DNA of 64,000 nt. Origin: Geosiphon pyriformis uo1 (taxonomy: Eukaryota; Fungi; Glomeromycota). The stretch lies in contig JAAOMT010000439.1 in assembly GCA_016748015.1 (NCBI GenBank), positions 579,527 through 643,526 of the forward strand, written 5' to 3'. This document shows, piece after piece, positions 42,801 through 55,438 of the stretch (within the stretch, counting starts at the first letter, position 1; the number at the start of each line of letters is the position of its first letter). The notes below the pieces were generated by a model. It was not told the DNA's origin. It ran no database searches and saw only the letters and a list, made by a program, of their open reading frames with translations. A program made the position numbers and the translations under genes.

Positions 42801-45263
42801 ATAATAATATTTAATTAGTAATAGTTAATATAAAAACATAGAATTTTATCTTTTTTAGAAATTATTATTACTAAAAAAGCCTATTTACTTATGGTTTTTT
42901 GAATAAATTCAAGTTTTTTTATTTATTCAATTTTTTTCTTAATAAATTCATTATTATAACAATTGAATTAATAAAACTTTAAATAAATAAAACAAGTTTT
43001 TTTGGTAATGATAGTATATTAAATTATATTAGTATATTTAAAGATATTATCTTTTATTGAGATTACTAGACTATTTTTAGCCAGCAAATTTTCAAAGTCT
43101 ATTTTTTTTTCTTTTAGAAAAAAAATTTTTTGTTTTATTATTAATAATTGTATTTTTAGTTTATTCTTAAATAACTTTTGTTTTTTTTTAAAGATATTAA
43201 GTTAATAAGTTTTCAATCTTTGTAATAAATTCAAAAAGACATATATTTATTACAAAAAAAATATAATAATTTAATATACAATACTAGACATAAAAATTAT
43301 ATTATTAATAATTATATTTGGCTTTTTTGTCAGATTTTTTGTTAAAAATTTTTTGAAAAATATTATAATAAGACCAATAAATTATTTTACTATTTACTAT
43401 GATTTCTTTTTTGTTAATTTTAATATTATTCAAAAGTTTGCTATTGTTAAAAAAATAGTATAAACAAGTTTAATAGTCTTTTTTAATTCATTTTTATTTT
43501 TATTTTTATTGCTTTTTTTATCTTCTAATTCTTTTAATTGCTTTTTTTCTTGTTTTGGTTTTAATTTTGAAAAAGTTGTTTAATAATGATACTTAATTAT
43601 AATAAAATTTTTATTATATCTAATGGTTAGTTTACAGAATTTATAATTAAATAAAGCTTTAGTTTTTTTGAGCCATTTATTATTAACAATAATAGTATAT
43701 TTTTTGGTCTCTGAGATTTTTATATTAGTTTTAATACAGATATTATTAATTTAAACAGAAACAGTCTTGATTATACTAAGCTTTTTTTTATTATTATTAT
43801 ATATATTAATTATTGGTCTGAATAAAAATTTATCAATTTTTTTTAATAACTTTTAAAAAGTGTTTAACAATAATATTAACAGATAATTTATTATTTAAAA
43901 TTAAATTAATAAAGTAACTAGCTACTTGTGCTTTATAAATCAAAAAAGTAATATTGCTATTTTTAGCAAGTCTTGTTTGATAAAAGCATTTATTAGTTTT
44001 AAATATCTTTTCTTTGAGATTAAAAATTTGTAGAAATTTTTTCTAAACTAGTGAATAAATTATTAATTAACCAAAAATAATGTGTACTAAAGTTTTCATG
44101 AAATTTTTTACAATAGAATAGAATTCAAATTTTTGTATAATTTCTGAAAGTTTTAACTTTAAAAAATTCTGGCTTTTAAAAATTTATTGTTATTAACAGT
44201 AGATATTGATGTTTTGTTAGTATTTGAAACAAATTCAATCTTGACTTTTTTTTTTGTAAAAGTAAAAAAATTAATAGCTAATTTATTTATGTTATAGTTA
44301 TTATTAATAAAATTAAAAGAATAAAAATAGTTATTTTTTGGTTGGCTTGTATTTTTACTTTTTGAAAATGTGCTTACTAGTTTAAAAATTAATAAATAGT
44401 AGCTTTAATTAAGAAATTCTTTTCAAAAAACTTTAAGTTAATATGATTTGGTTTTTAATTTGGAATATTGTTATTGTTAGTTTTGTTGTTTTAATTGTTA
44501 TTGTTTTTAAAAGCTAAAAGAAACAAAGAAGAATTGTTGTAATTTCTTAAGAAATATTTAATTAATTCACAATAATAGTATACAGATAAGTTACAATTAT
44601 GTTGTTTTTAATTATAGAATAACTATTAAGACTAATTAAATCAAGATTCAAATTTGAATTTTTAAGATTATTGATTTTTTTTTACTGCTTAAATTAGAGA
44701 TTTTAGTAATCAAGCAAAGTTAGCTGTAAGTCTGTTCATAAGTTGTTTATTTAGATTTTGAGTTTGAACAGCAAAAAAATAACAGTTATTTAAGAAGTTA
44801 AAGCCAGAACAGAAACAAAAACAAAAATTAAAAGTGTAAATTTCATATGTATTTTTTGGTTGTTTTTAATTTTTAAACAAGCTCAATAGCTATATCTATT
44901 GTAAAATTGTTTTTTAGAACCAAAAAAAGCCAAAAAACATATAATAAATTAGTTTTTAATTTTTTTGAAAAAAAATAAATTTTTTGTTTTTTTGTTTAAT
45001 TTTTTTTAGTATTTACTTATTTAATTAACTTTTTTATAATTTTAGCATATTTAGTTACAATTTTACCAAGACTTTGAGTTTTTTTTTCTAATTTTATATG
45101 TTATTTAAAAATCAAAATTAAAGTTTTAAATCTAAATTCAAATTAAATAATAAAAAAAATATTGTCTTTTATAGCTTGTATTAATATTTATCTTAAAATT
45201 TTTTGTTGTGTATTAATATTAATTTTTTGTAAGAATTATTTAACAAAAAAGTCTTAAAAGTAG

Positions 45264-46136
45264 TGTTATTCATAAAATATAGGAAATATAGTATTATTAA
45301 TCAGTAGATATTAGCCAATTAGATATAGACGTAATAAATATGGAATTTCAAGATTCCTTTCAGAGGAATTGCAGGATTCCAGGAATTTTAGAATTCTCCA
45401 ACAAGGAATTGCAGGATTTCAGAAATCGCAAAATTCCAGGAATTCCAGAATTCCTGTCACAAGGAATTAAGAAATTAAGAAATCTCAAATATGTATATAT
45501 AGTAGTAGTGTTAAAAGCAGAAAAGACAGAATCGACACCAAGAATTCTTAGCTTAGTTATCACAATCCTCAAATAAAATAATTATTCACTATATCAAATT
45601 TTTTTTTCATTATTAACATGAAGTATTGATAGTAACTGATACTTAACCATACTGGAACAATAGCTCTTGATTACAGCTATTGACAAGATACAAATTAGAA
45701 TTGCCTTGGCTTATTTGCTTTATTTCATATTCTTTGCTTTCTTTTTTTTCTTTTCTTTTCTATCTTTGTTTTGTTGTTGTATACTAATTGATTAAGGATT
45801 AAAAGCACTGAGTTATTGATGTCATAAATAGCCTGGTAAAAAACCCAGAAATAAGGGTAGAATTTTATATATTATTGGATAGCTTACCAGAAGGGCACGA
45901 CTGCCAGAATAAATCTGGCCTCCATGCTGAGAAAGAAATTGGACAGAATTGTGATTCCAAAGACTATTACAATTACAATTGAATCTCTGTTCATTATACA
46001 AAAAACTCAATCCAAAACCTTCAGATATCAAAACCTTCAGATTACCAATACCAACATCAACAGAAATTAATAGCTTTTGAGCACTAAGTTACGGGTTTGT
46101 TATTTATTCCCACACCAGAAATAATCACCTATAACA
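45264..46136 (+). repeat. 5' LTR (873 bp)
   Basis: TGTTATTCAT...CCTATAACA; direct repeat of 54544-55438. Confidence 0.97.
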
Positions 46137-46138
46137 TT

Positions 46139-46155
46139 TGGTGCTTCCTGTGAGG
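46139..46155 (+). promoter_or_regulatory. Primer binding site TGGTGCTTCCTGTGAGG (probably elongator tRNA-Met)
   Basis: Starts 2 nt after the LTR with TGG; its complement CCUCACAGGAAGCACCA resembles eukaryotic elongator tRNA-Met 3' ends. The tRNA identity is inferred. Confidence 0.85.
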
Positions 46156-46198
46156 TATAATCCTACAGAAAACCAGTACTGACAACACCAAACCAAAA

Positions 46199-49100
46199 GT
46201 GGCAAAATCAGAAATAATAGGGACAAACCATTTAGGATTTGTGAAATTCTTATTTCAACAATACAGCCAACAGCTAGGCCTAAACAACAACTATTACCCA
46301 GCAGAATCAGCTTTTAACTTCTACATCAATGAAAGAATCACAGATTTTCTAAGAGGACCAGTTGACATTGAATCAGCAAGAGAAAATTTTTATTTGGAAC
46401 TAATCCAACACACCAACTTACCAAGAAATCACAGCTTTGCACTCATTATTAGAGAAATCAACCAAGAAATTGAAAAATATATGCAAAGAACATTCCTTAT
46501 TACTTACCAGAACAAAGGCAAAGGAAAATTACAGACACCAGCAATAACACCCAAAGGAATACAAATTCCTAACTGGAAAAAACAAAGAATTGAATCTCTA
46601 ATACATCCATCATACTATCACATGCCCAGAAGTACCATCAACATCACATCAGCAGACACATCTACCAGTACAAAGACACTGCTAGTAAGAATCACATTTC
46701 AGAGTAAACAAAAGAAAAATGAACTATTAGGAGCATACAGTAATTATTTTGAAGGGTTTAAATTAAGATTGCCAATATTATCAGGATTTTGATTACCACC
46801 TCATCAGCCAGATTTCGGAACCGTCAGTTCCTGGAAAATTACTGAATCAGAAGAAAAAAAAAACAAGAATCAGAAATTTAATTACCAAAAACCAATCCCA
46901 GAAAACCTGAACATTCAAACTCAGCAACATTTAGAAAATCCGGAAATCAAAACTCCAAATATTCAAATCCCGCCAAATCAAAAAAATCAAAAACCCGATT
47001 TAATTCATCAGCAAAATCTACCTCCAGTTATCATCATTGATCAACCACCAATTGAGCCAATTGGTGAGCCAATTCAACCACCTCAAGTACCATTCCAACA
47101 ACCATTACCTCTTCAACAACTTCAGCAACAGCTGCCTCAACAGCCCCAGCAATCTATAGTACCAATAGCCTATGCACCAATAATCAAATTAGAAAAATTC
47201 ACTGGTAAAGAGGATGATGTTCAAGCTTGGTTGAATGACATTGCCAAAGCAATCACAGCAAACAATTGGAATGACAACAGAGCTCTTCAAGCAATCTTAT
47301 ATTTCTTCCAAGATACCGTGGATTCATGGTATCAAAGCTTAGCCACAAAACCTCAAATGTTTGACACATTTAAGCAGGAGTTTCTAAGATATTTCAGTAA
47401 TAATAACAGTATCAACCATTTGGTAAATACTTTCACTATCATTAAACAAGGGGACACTGAAGCCATTACCACATACTTGGGACAATTCCATAGATGTCTG
47501 CACCAGATCCAAGCTATCAACACTGATTATTTCACAGTGGCCCAAATTTTGAATCAATTTATCAGAGGCTTATACAGTAGTATTTTCCAGCACATACGTT
47601 CACTACACCCAGCAGATTTACAAGCAGCCATTACTAACGCCAGAGATTTTGAAGCAGCCGAACTTGAAGCTAACCACACCCAAGCTGTTAATCTAGTAAT
47701 GAATAGATCATCTGAATTGGATTCTAAATTGAAACAATTCAGTAATTCCATCAATCAAAAATTAGAGAGGTACTTAGCTAACAACTGAGTAATCTATCAA
47801 CTGCCACAACAATACAACAATCAAGGAAACTCCAATTGCATCCAAAATTAGCCACGTTTATTATTTCCAGCCAATCAACAGTGGCAACAAGAAACACGTG
47901 TTTGCCACTATTGTGGTAGGCAAGGACACATACAAATCGATTGCTGCTAGTGTTTAAATAACCAACAATCGGGAAATCAATATCAAAATCCCAATTGCCA
48001 GTTCCCAGCTCCAAGTTCTCAGCAAAATCAAGAACAATACCAATACTTATCTCATTATGCACCAATGAGACAGCAATCAATGTATCAACCACCAGTATAT
48101 CAAGCTCCAATTTATCAACTGTAGCCACAAGTAATTTATCAACAACTACAGCTGCAAATAATATATCAACCCCAACAAATTCAAACACTGCCCCAAAACT
48201 TACTACCCAATAGAACACAAAGACCGAGAATGACTCAACAGAGCTGGAGATTGGTAATGGTGGTCCATCAACTGATCCCCAGTTTTTCACAGCAACCATC
48301 TGGATTACGCCAGTGGAATTTGGGTACTGGTCAATTTCAAAACCCAAATTCCCAGAACTATTTAAGTCTTTTGATTACTCCAAAAGACGCCTCAGCCAAT
48401 AATTCAGTATTCACCCAAAAACAACCACTTATCAGTAATATCCCACCTGCTACCATCACTGAAAATGAGTCCTTGGCTGCTATTTTCTCATTTAAATTTG
48501 AAGAAACAACTGCAATGCCATTATTTAATAAAGCTGTTCTTGAAGCCAAACCAATCACTGTGATGTACACTAATGCCAAAGTTGAGGGACAATTCATCAA
48601 ATTGATCCTTGACAGTGGTTTAGCAGGCAGCATCATCACACAACAACTCATGGATCAATTAGATTGCCGAGTTGATCGAGCTGCCAGTGCCAGAATCATC
48701 ATAGCCGATAGAGTGACCAAAACTCCAATTGGCAAAATCAACAACTTCCCTTTTGAAGTCAATGGCATCGTAACTTCCATTAAAGTTTTAGTGATGGAAG
48801 CCACTCAATACCAAGCTCTCATTGGTAATAACTGGCTATCCAAAGTCAATACAATGTTAGACTAAAACACCCAGGAACTCCAGTTAACATATCAAGGCCA
48901 ACACATATGTGTACCGGCCATATGTGGCCACTTCAAAACTCCTTTGAAAAAGAAACTATTGATCAAACTGGAGAAGGAGAAAGAAAAACCTATCTGAAAA
49001 ACTTACCAAGTCTCCTGGGCCGATGCTGACCACAACGAACTACCACCCATACTATCATGAGATGACAAGGGAAAGAAGAAAGAAGAAAAACTTACCTAGA

Positions 49101-52100
49101 AGCTAAACCTAAAAGCATGAAGCGAAGACAACTTAAGCAAACCAACCACTGAGTGGATCTAGAAAGAAAAAGGAAAAGGAAAAGAAAAAGAAGATAACCA
49201 ATCACCAAGCACCAATTTAGCTCATACTTCATATTCTATGCTGCAGAAACCAAGATACTGTTGACCCAAACTAGTATGCATCAGTTGTGGTAAGAAACTG
49301 TCAACAATGGGCACATGTTGTAGTAAGGACAAAGAATAGATAACAGCAACCAAGTACTACTGTTACCCATGTGTCCTTGAACATAATAGATGGCTGCCAA
49401 AAGTAGGGAAATAGAACAGTACTTTGTGTTTAGCTTGTGGAGATACTCTCTTAGATGAAGAAATGTGGAAAGACATTCCTGAAAGAAGAAGAGCATGCAA
49501 CGAGACATGCCAATACACAATCCTGATCAATGACTGGGTACGAAAAAAAACTCTTATCGATGACATCTGGAAACAAGTATTAAGACATCTGGAAGAATAC
49601 CCACACGATGAAGATGAAATCTGGAGAATGGCATATGCTATGTCAAAAGGTGCTACAACAGAAAAACTGAGAGAAATTAAAAACAACTCACTATCTCTAT
49701 CTGAGCCCGAATATGTCCAAATCTTCGATGTCTTCAGTGACATCGAAGACAATTCAGAGGAATTCCATGAGCACTACCAACAATTAGCACTCATAAGAGA
49801 GGAACAGAATCAACACTTGGAAGAGATAAACACCCAACTATGTGACTACTGTTTGATTCCATGTGACTTCCAGTATTGTGATGAGTGTGACCTCATCTAC
49901 AATCCACCACCACACATGATCTACACAATCCCAGAAGAAAAAAAACCAATCAGCAGCTGCGCATTGGAATCAGAATTACTGATCAATCGTACTTCAAACT
50001 CTGACAATGATGACAATGAAAACACTGGTTCTAGCTCTGTTCAAAATAGCAATAATGATGACAATAATTCAAACTCAGATTCAAATTCTGATTTAAAATA
50101 TGAATAATATATCGCAATTCCTGACCTGATCAGAGAATTGGAATTAAAATGGTTTAGTGATAATAATGAAGGTATTATGCCAGAATGCGCACATAATACT
50201 GATGCCGGGTTTGATCTAAGGTATTCAGGAAAAGATGCCATCAAATTGGAACCACATTTACACATCTGCCTTGATTTGAAAATAGCACTGGAAATTCCAG
50301 CAACAACAATAGTTCAATTAGCATCTAGGAGTAGTTTAGCGAAAAGAGGGATTAATATAAGAGAAAGAATAATTGATGCGGGATATGTAGGAAATATTAT
50401 CACTATGCTACAAAATGACTCAGAAAAGGCCTATATAATAGAGCCCAACAAAAAAATAGCATAGGCAATATTCCTGTCTCTGGTTAGAGTAGCTTAGTTA
50501 GTATCAGTGAAAAAGAGGGAGGAATTAGGAATAACAGTAAGAGAAATACAGGGATTCAGATCAACAGATAGAATAGATGTGCCAATCAATATAGCAGAAA
50601 AAGAAATTATTGACCAAAGAGAAATTATCTCAACTGGTCAAGCAATTTCCATTCCACCATATAACCAATACATGATAACAATAAAGAGGGAGGTAAAAGA
50701 CCAAGCACAAATTTTTGAAGCAGAAGCAAGTCTTTGTAAATCAAGAGAAGTTGGACTTATCAATCTCCACATACCAGCCAAGAACTATAACCACATCAAA
50801 ATTTCCATCTACAACAATACCAGAAATGTTGTCAATATACCGGAAGGAACTATCATCAGATATTTGACCACAGAAATAGAGGAGCAACCACTAAGCACCA
50901 TTTCAGACTTTCTAAAGCTTTGTGGATATGTTGATATTACATCACAAATGATATACAGATGAAACAAATGTTATTTGCTCCAACCAGAACAGTTGGAACA
51001 AATGAACATGAGAAACTTAGATTCACTCCAATGTATGCAACTTAAGATGTTGCTCAACAATTTCAATAATATTTTTGCCAGCAAAAACGAGTTTGGCCAA
51101 ACTGACATCATCCAGCATCAGATCAAGACTGGAGATGCAATGCCAATTAAACAAAGAGCATACAGAGTACCACTAGCTAGCCACGAGATTATCCATCAAA
51201 AAATAAACTGAATGCTTAACAATGGGCTAATTCAGCCATTAATGAGCCCATGGTCATCACCAGTGATACTCATCTAGAAAAAAAATGGGAAAATTTGCTT
51301 TTGTGTAGATTATAGAAAACTCAATGAAGTAACTCATGGAGATAGCTATTCCACTCCACAGATCCAAGAATTATTCGATGCTTTCAGTAGAAACAAATAG
51401 TTTTCAACATTAGACTTGGACAGTGGTTACTGGAAAGTAGCCATAGATCCAGCCGACAAAGAAAAAATGGCATTTACTACAAGGGAAGGGAATTTTGAAT
51501 TTGAAGTAATACCATTCAGCTTAACCAATGCTTCAGCAACTTTCCAACAGCTAATGGAAATTGTTTATACTGGCTTATTGTAGAAATCAGTAGTTGTATA
51601 CTTAGACAACACCAATGTATTCTCAAAAACATTTGATAATCATCTTCATTATCTTCAACAAGTATTCAAAAGACTAAGAAGAGCAGAACTAAAGTTAAAT
51701 GCAACAAAGTGCTTTTTCAGCAAGACAAAACTGAAATTCTTGGGACACATAGTTAGCAAAAACGGCATCAAAACAGATTCAGAGAAAATAGAGATAGTAA
51801 AAAACTCTCTAGTGCTGACCAATATGACAGAACTGAAATTATTCTTGGAATTTGCCAGCTACTATCAGCATTTTATCAAGAACTTTTCCAAGATAGCACA
51901 GCCACTCAACCAACTGCAAACCAAGAATACAAAATATGAATGGACAGAAAGTCAACAAGAAGCTTTTGATATTCTGAAAAGAAAGCTCATTCAAGCTCCA
52001 GTACTGATCTATCCAAATTACAGCAAATCATTCATCATTACCACCAATGCATCCGGCCAAGCATTGGGAGCAGTCTTATTTCAGAGAGGACCAGACAGCA

Positions 52101-52402
52101 GAAAACATCTAGTAGCATATGCCAGCAGAGGTTTAACACCAGCCGAAAAGAACTATGAAACACCAGAACAAAAACACTTAGCAATATACTGGGCAGTCAT
52201 GAAATGGAAAAAATACTTGAGCCAAAAGTTTGAAGTATACACAGATCACAAAGGATTAACATCACTTTAAAAACAAGAATTTGGAGATGAAAGACAGTCA
52301 AAATAGAAAATGGCACTCGCACTATATAATTATACTATACATTATAAAAAAGGAAAAGACAACAGAAATGCTGACAGTTTGTTACAAATGAGACAAATCT
52401 AA
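46199..52402 (+). pseudogene. Single-frame gag-PR-Cys-rich-dUTPase-RT-RNase H polyprotein with premature stops
   Basis: ORF fragments starting 46199, 47231, 48230, 49424, 50138, 50507, 50975 and 51740 share one frame. Capsid-like KLEKFTG..D...WL; knuckle CHYCGRQGHIQIDC (47903-47944); protease LILDSG (48611); RT CVDYRKLN, YLDN (from YLDD); RNase H TNAS, VYTDH, NAD. Confidence 0.92.
50170..50570 (+). pseudogene. dUTPase domain within pol
   Basis: Trimeric dUTPase motifs DAGFDL, SRSSL, IIDAGYVG (motif 3), KIA*(Q)AI, REIQGFRST (from RG..GFGST). Confidence 0.92.
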
Positions 52403-52464
52403 GAACATTTTAACCCAAAAATATAACAAAACCAGAACAATACCAATGAAAAATATAACAAAAA

Positions 52465-53846
52465 ATGAACATACAAAAATATCAACAACTACAACATTAT
52501 ATAAACACTCAACAGTTCAAGGAAAATTTATCTCAAATGGAACGAAAGAGTATCAAACAACAATCAAAATATTTTATCACTCACCAAAATATACTGTATC
52601 GAAAAAATAGAAGAGATCTAGAGCAACCAACCAAAGTAATTACAGAGCCAAAAAAAGAGACAATATTATTCAACATGCACTTAAATCCAACAGCAAGACA
52701 CTTTCACAAAGAAGCAACCATGGAAAAAACCAGAAAAAGATACTATTGGCCATCAATGTATCCAGACATCATCCAATATGTTCAAAATTGTAATGTTTGT
52801 TAGTGAAGAGAAGGTACAAAATCCAGTGAACTATTAAGACCAATCAAAGTGGGACAACTATTTGACCATGTTGGAATTGATTTAGTCGAACCATTAACAA
52901 TCACCAGTGGAGAAAACAGGTACATAGCAGTAGCCATGGACTATCTCACTAAATGGCCAGAGGCAAAAGCAATTCAAAGAGCGGATGCAGAATCCATTGC
53001 CAAATTCATTCATCAAGATTTAATTTGTCGACATAGATGTCCAAAAAAATTATTATCAGACCAAGGAACTCATTTTGTGAACAAAACATTAACAGAATTG
53101 AGCCAAAGATTCGGAATTAAGAGACCACTATTATCACTATACTATTTACAAACCAATGGATTAGTTGAAAGATTCAACAGAACATTGTGTAAAGCAATAG
53201 CTAAACTCAGCCAAGAAAACCAGAACAATTGAAATTTGTTAATACCATCAGTACTATTTGCTTATTGGACAATAAAACAAGATACTACACAAGCAACACC
53301 ATTTGAATTAATATATAGTAGAACAGCAACACTACCAGTGGAAATAGAAGTCAGCACATACCCAACCAAACCAATAACAAAAGAGAATTTCAAAAACACA
53401 TTGTTGAGAAAAACATATGACTTAATGGAAACATTAGAAAACAAATAACGAAGAGCAGCTGATAATATACAAAAGTCACAAGAGAAACAAAAAGAAAGAC
53501 ATAATAACCAACTACCAGATAAACCAGTTGAATTCAGGATTGGAGACAAAGTACTACTACATCATACCAAAGTGGAAAAACAATGGAGTGGAAAATTTGA
53601 CTCCAAATGGAACAGACCATTTCACATAGAAGAAACTCTAGGAAATGGAGCTTACAAATTAAGATTGAATAATAAAATCTTGACCAAAGCAGCACATGAA
53701 GATTGAATGAAACCATACCACCATATAGCATCATCATCCACCAGTAACATTTCACAATTAGGAGTACAGAAAATACTAGTCCAATCAGATGAAATTCCAC
53801 AAAATCTGGAACCAATTATTATTATTGACAACAACATGTCCAATTG
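52465..53846 (+). pseudogene. Integrase (HHCC, DDE, GPY/F-like) in a different frame from upstream pol
   Basis: H......H...YYWPSM...CNVC; VGIDLV, DYLTKWPEA, LLSDQG, QTNGLVERFN; KWNRPF (from W.GPF)...GAYKL. Confidence 0.92.
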
Positions 53847-54524
53847 ATTGACAAAAGAATATATAAGAACATGGTTGATGCAACAGAAAAGATCAAAAAA
53901 ATAGAAATTATGGACAATATCTATTCACTAGCCCAACAAATTTTTCAATTAATCCAACACCAGGAGATGGAAATTACAATCAATCAACAAACCATTCATT
54001 ACAAAAATATGGCAAAAATACCACAAAACAAAGCACAGAAAAGACTTGAAAATGTTGTTGACAAGATTATGACCAAGATAAAATTGGCCATAAAAGAACA
54101 ACAAATAGTCAAATTATACCAAGAACTTACTAGAGAAACTTGGACTTGGTAGACGCAACAATTTCTGAAAAACTATTATCATTTTCACTTGGAACAACAC
54201 GTAAATATCCAGAATTTGTACACCAACAAAACAAAACAGTTATTTGACACAACAATACTGAGACAACTGAAACAATTTGTGAGAAAGAACAATCTAATCA
54301 CACAAGCTCGAGCCATTTACCAGCTATATCTGGAATTTCAAGACTGACCAGAAATTTTACTCAACACAGCAATGAATACAGTTACAAGTAATCAATTGGG
54401 AAAAATGACCAATGCCCAATTTGAAAAACTACAAACTAAAATAACACAAGTAATACTCGAAAAAAAAGTTCAGGAAATAATTCAAGAAAGAGAATTAAAG
54501 GAGTTAAATTTTGATGGAGCTTAA
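53836..54524 (+). pseudogene. Additional ORF (~220 aa, unknown function) between integrase and PPT
   Basis: The frame of ORF 53844-54152 continues through two isolated stops to TAA at 54522-54524; hydrophilic and helical-looking; start uncertain (ATG 53836 or 53871). Confidence 0.65.
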
Positions 54525-54528
54525 TATT

Positions 54529-54540
54529 AAAAGAAGGGAA
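54529..54540 (+). promoter_or_regulatory. Polypurine tract
   Basis: AAAAGAAGGGAA, 3 nt upstream of the 3' LTR. Confidence 0.88.
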
Positions 54541-54543
54541 TAA

Positions 54544-55438
54544 TGTTACTCATAGAATATAGAAAATATAGTATTATTAGTCAGTAGATATTAGCCAATC
54601 AAATATAAACGTAGTAAATATGGAATTCCAAGATTCTTCTCAGAAGAATTGCAGGATTCCAAGAATTTCAGAATTCTCCAACAAGGAATCGCAGGATTCC
54701 AGAATTCCAGGATTCCTCTTATCAGGAATTACAGGATTCCAGAAATTCCAGGATTCCTGTCACAAGGAATTGAGAAATTAAGGAATCTTAAATATGTATA
54801 TATAGCAGTAACATTAAAAGCAGAAAAGACAGAATTGACACCAAGAATTCTTAGCTTAGTTATCACAATCCTTAAATAAAATAATTATTTACTATATCAA
54901 ATTTCTTCTTCACTATCAACACTTCATGTTGATAGTAACTGATACTTAACCATACTGGAACAATAGCTCTTGATCACAGCTATTGACGGGATATGAATCA
55001 GAATTGCCTTGGCTTATTTGCTTTATTTCATATTCTTTGCTTTTTTTTTTTTTTTTCTTTTCTGTCTTTGTTTTGTTGTTGTATACTAATTGATTAAAGA
55101 TTAAAAGTGCTGAGTTATTGATGTCATGGATAGTCTGGTAAAAAACCCAGAAATAAGGGTAAAATTTTATATATTATTGAATAGCTTACCAGAAGGGCAT
55201 GACTGCCAGAATAAATCCAGCCTCTATGCTGAAAAAGAAATTGGACGGAATTACGATTCTGAAGACTATTACAATTACAATTGAATCTCTGTCTATTATA
55301 CAAAGAACTTAATCCAAAACCTTCAGATATCAAAACCTTCAGATTACCAATACCAACATCAACAGAAATCAATAGCTTTTGAGCACCAAGTTACGGGTTT
55401 GTTATTTATTCCCACACCAGAAATAATCACCTGTAACA
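54544..55438 (+). repeat. 3' LTR (895 bp)
   Basis: TGTTACTCAT...CCTGTAACA; direct repeat of 45264-46136. Confidence 0.97.

Larger units (their letters stand above)
45264..55438 (+). mobile_element. Full-length Ty3/gypsy LTR retrotransposon with dUTPase, inactivated by nonsense transitions; 4-bp TSD GTAG
   Basis: Paired TG..CA LTRs, PBS, PPT, domain order gag-PR-dUTPase-RT-RH-IN; GTAG at 45260-45263 and 55439-55442. Confidence 0.97.

Noticed and set aside
45340-45470. CRISPR-like or satellite array
   Set aside because: No unique spacers, eukaryotic context, and it lies within an LTR.
45820-46200. Gag N-terminus encoded inside the LTR and reading through the PBS
   Set aside because: The frame is fairly open, but one TGA is shared by all three LTR copies, another lies inside the PBS, and the solo LTR has frame-breaking indels.
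53836-54524. Envelope gene / endogenous retrovirus
   Set aside because: No signal peptide, fusion peptide or transmembrane anchor, and too short.
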